DNA of 52,911 nucleotides, filler included, from Asterionella formosa (lineage: Eukaryota): NCBI GenBank assembly GCA_002256025.1. It is 4 parts of 4 records of this genome, joined end to end, with 100 filler letters (N's around TTAATTAATTAA, not from the genome) between each part and the next. Parts side by side here need not be neighbours in the genome. Positions count along the whole stretch, not along the records: positions 39,773 to 52,911 come from NKIB01006934.1; 3 more parts are not named here. One strand, 5' to 3'. Positions 51,602-52,911 of the stretch are shown here, one piece after another. The translations under genes were made by a program, and so were the position numbers. Within the stretch, counting starts at the first letter, position 1; every line of letters starts with the position of its first letter. The notes beneath the pieces are model-generated. The model did not search any database, was not told where the DNA came from, and saw only the letters and a program-made list of their open reading frames with translations.

Positions 51602-52862
51602 CTACAACTCATCTTTGATTTGACCAGCTTCGTTCCTGTATCCTGTCGAAATGGTCATGCCCTCCTTTCCAGGACCGAACCATTTCACTGTGTCTTGAAG
51701 ACCACACCAACCATTTGTACATCCCGGTTCTCGCATAGAAGTGCCTACCATAACAAGTTTCTCCAAATTAGGGTCTGGAGGTACTGTCGTATGCCAATGA
51801 GGAGGAATGGCATAATGGATATTAAGTTCAGCCTGCTCCTGATTCCACCCTGTTGGGAAATAGTGAACAAAAATCGAAGAGTCTGATATAGGAAACCATC
51901 AGCGGCAGGGGGGGGGATGTTGGTATATTATATAGGGTAGAAAAACGAAAGAGGGTAAGCATCGACGCATCTTGTTCAACAAAAGGAACGTATAGATTGC
52001 TACCATGACATACGTACACCACGATCCGTTAAACTTGTGAGGTCGTCCATGAATGCATTTGGATGATTCATAGAACATTAAATCCCCGCTCTCTAGCACC
52101 ACCTCGTTTGTATTCCCTTGAAAGTCTTCAATCAAAATTGGCCAAGGTTCACTGTCTTCGGAATGATCGACATGCAAAATACAGGAAATCACGTGCGTCC
52201 TGGACTTGTCCACGTGCATGAAGAGTGAAGAGTGATTACGATATACTCTTAGACCGTCTGTGCATCCAATTGTTTATGATGGGAAAAACATGATTCCATG
52301 AGCACAAGATGTGTTGTCAAGCCTAGGAGCATGGGACGAACACAGGGGTGCACTTACACGCAACAGCGCCAGTCCACGAGCCCCCACTCCATTCTTCGTG
52401 CAGAGGCTTCAACTCATTCAGAACCTTTCGATTCAGCCTAGGCTGCCTAATAAAAAGAGGTCGTTCCTCCCCTTCTCCTTCAATCACGTTAATAAAGGTC
52501 TCATCTTCCGCCGTCGGCAATCCCTCATGCAGCGATGCCATCAGCTCCTCCATCAACGCCGCTGGAGCTCGCGCTAATCCCCAACCATGTTCAGTGAAAT
52601 TAGGAGCCGTGACTGCCGCCGCCATGATCGAAACCCACCCATTGTAGCGATCCGCGTCGTTTGTGATGCGCTCTACTTGTGCCAAGCGACGACGGACCTG
52701 TCGTTTCCACCCAGCCGTGTTGGGAACAATCTGATGATCGCTGAGGGGCCATGTGTAATTTCGGGCGGCATATTCCCTCACACGGTCAGTTTCTATCAAG
52801 GCATTGATTGAACTGGGAATCAGGAGCGGGAGGAAAGCTAGGGCGCGTTGTAGAATTGTCAT
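51602..52862 (-). CDS. ER-luminal 2OG-Fe(II) oxygenase-like protein; exons 52862-52358, 52257-52018, 51882-51602
   Basis: Signal peptide MTILQRALAFLPLLIPSSINA. The spliced core reads YGLRVYRNHSSLFMHVD...YESSKCIHGRP...WYSSIFVHYFP (HxD...H triad), and the protein ends QIKDEL*. GT-AG introns at 52258-52357 and 51883-52017. Confidence 0.85.
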
Positions 52863-52911
52863 GGTGATGGAAGCAGAAGAGCGATAGTATTTTTCTCACG
52901 TTTGTCAATAT

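Overview
Eukaryotic nuclear DNA from a draft assembly. Compact genes, short GT-AG introns and the protein families point to a diatom or related stramenopile (inference). Gene-rich blocks contain: a GNAT-type protein missed by the ORF track, mitochondrial HSP70, a SIRT6-type sirtuin, an 80-aa orphan ORF, a WD40-like protein, a coiled-coil hypothetical protein, SMC2, RAPTOR, a TMEM2/fibrocystin-like beta-helix protein, an F-box/MSP/multi-TM protein, a FUT8-like fucosyltransferase, a class I glutamine amidotransferase, an FKBP, a divergent H2A/H2B pair and a KDEL-tailed 2OG-Fe(II) oxygenase. AT-rich transposon debris lies between the blocks. The 26.5-35.5 kb nest holds a PIF/Harbinger fragment, a pogo-like element with both TIRs and TA flanks, and a Kolobok/'Mutator-like' element whose open accessory ORF resembles the P2X7 cytoplasmic ballast domain. 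The most notable observations are that element, a shared two-hairpin 3' element downstream of both histone genes, and GTAC/CCWGG palindromic micro-clusters at gene 5' boundaries and transposon ends. Three 100-bp gaps carry an artificial TTAATTAATTAA linker, so adjacency across them is not guaranteed. All family assignments come from motifs recognised by eye; no searches were run.
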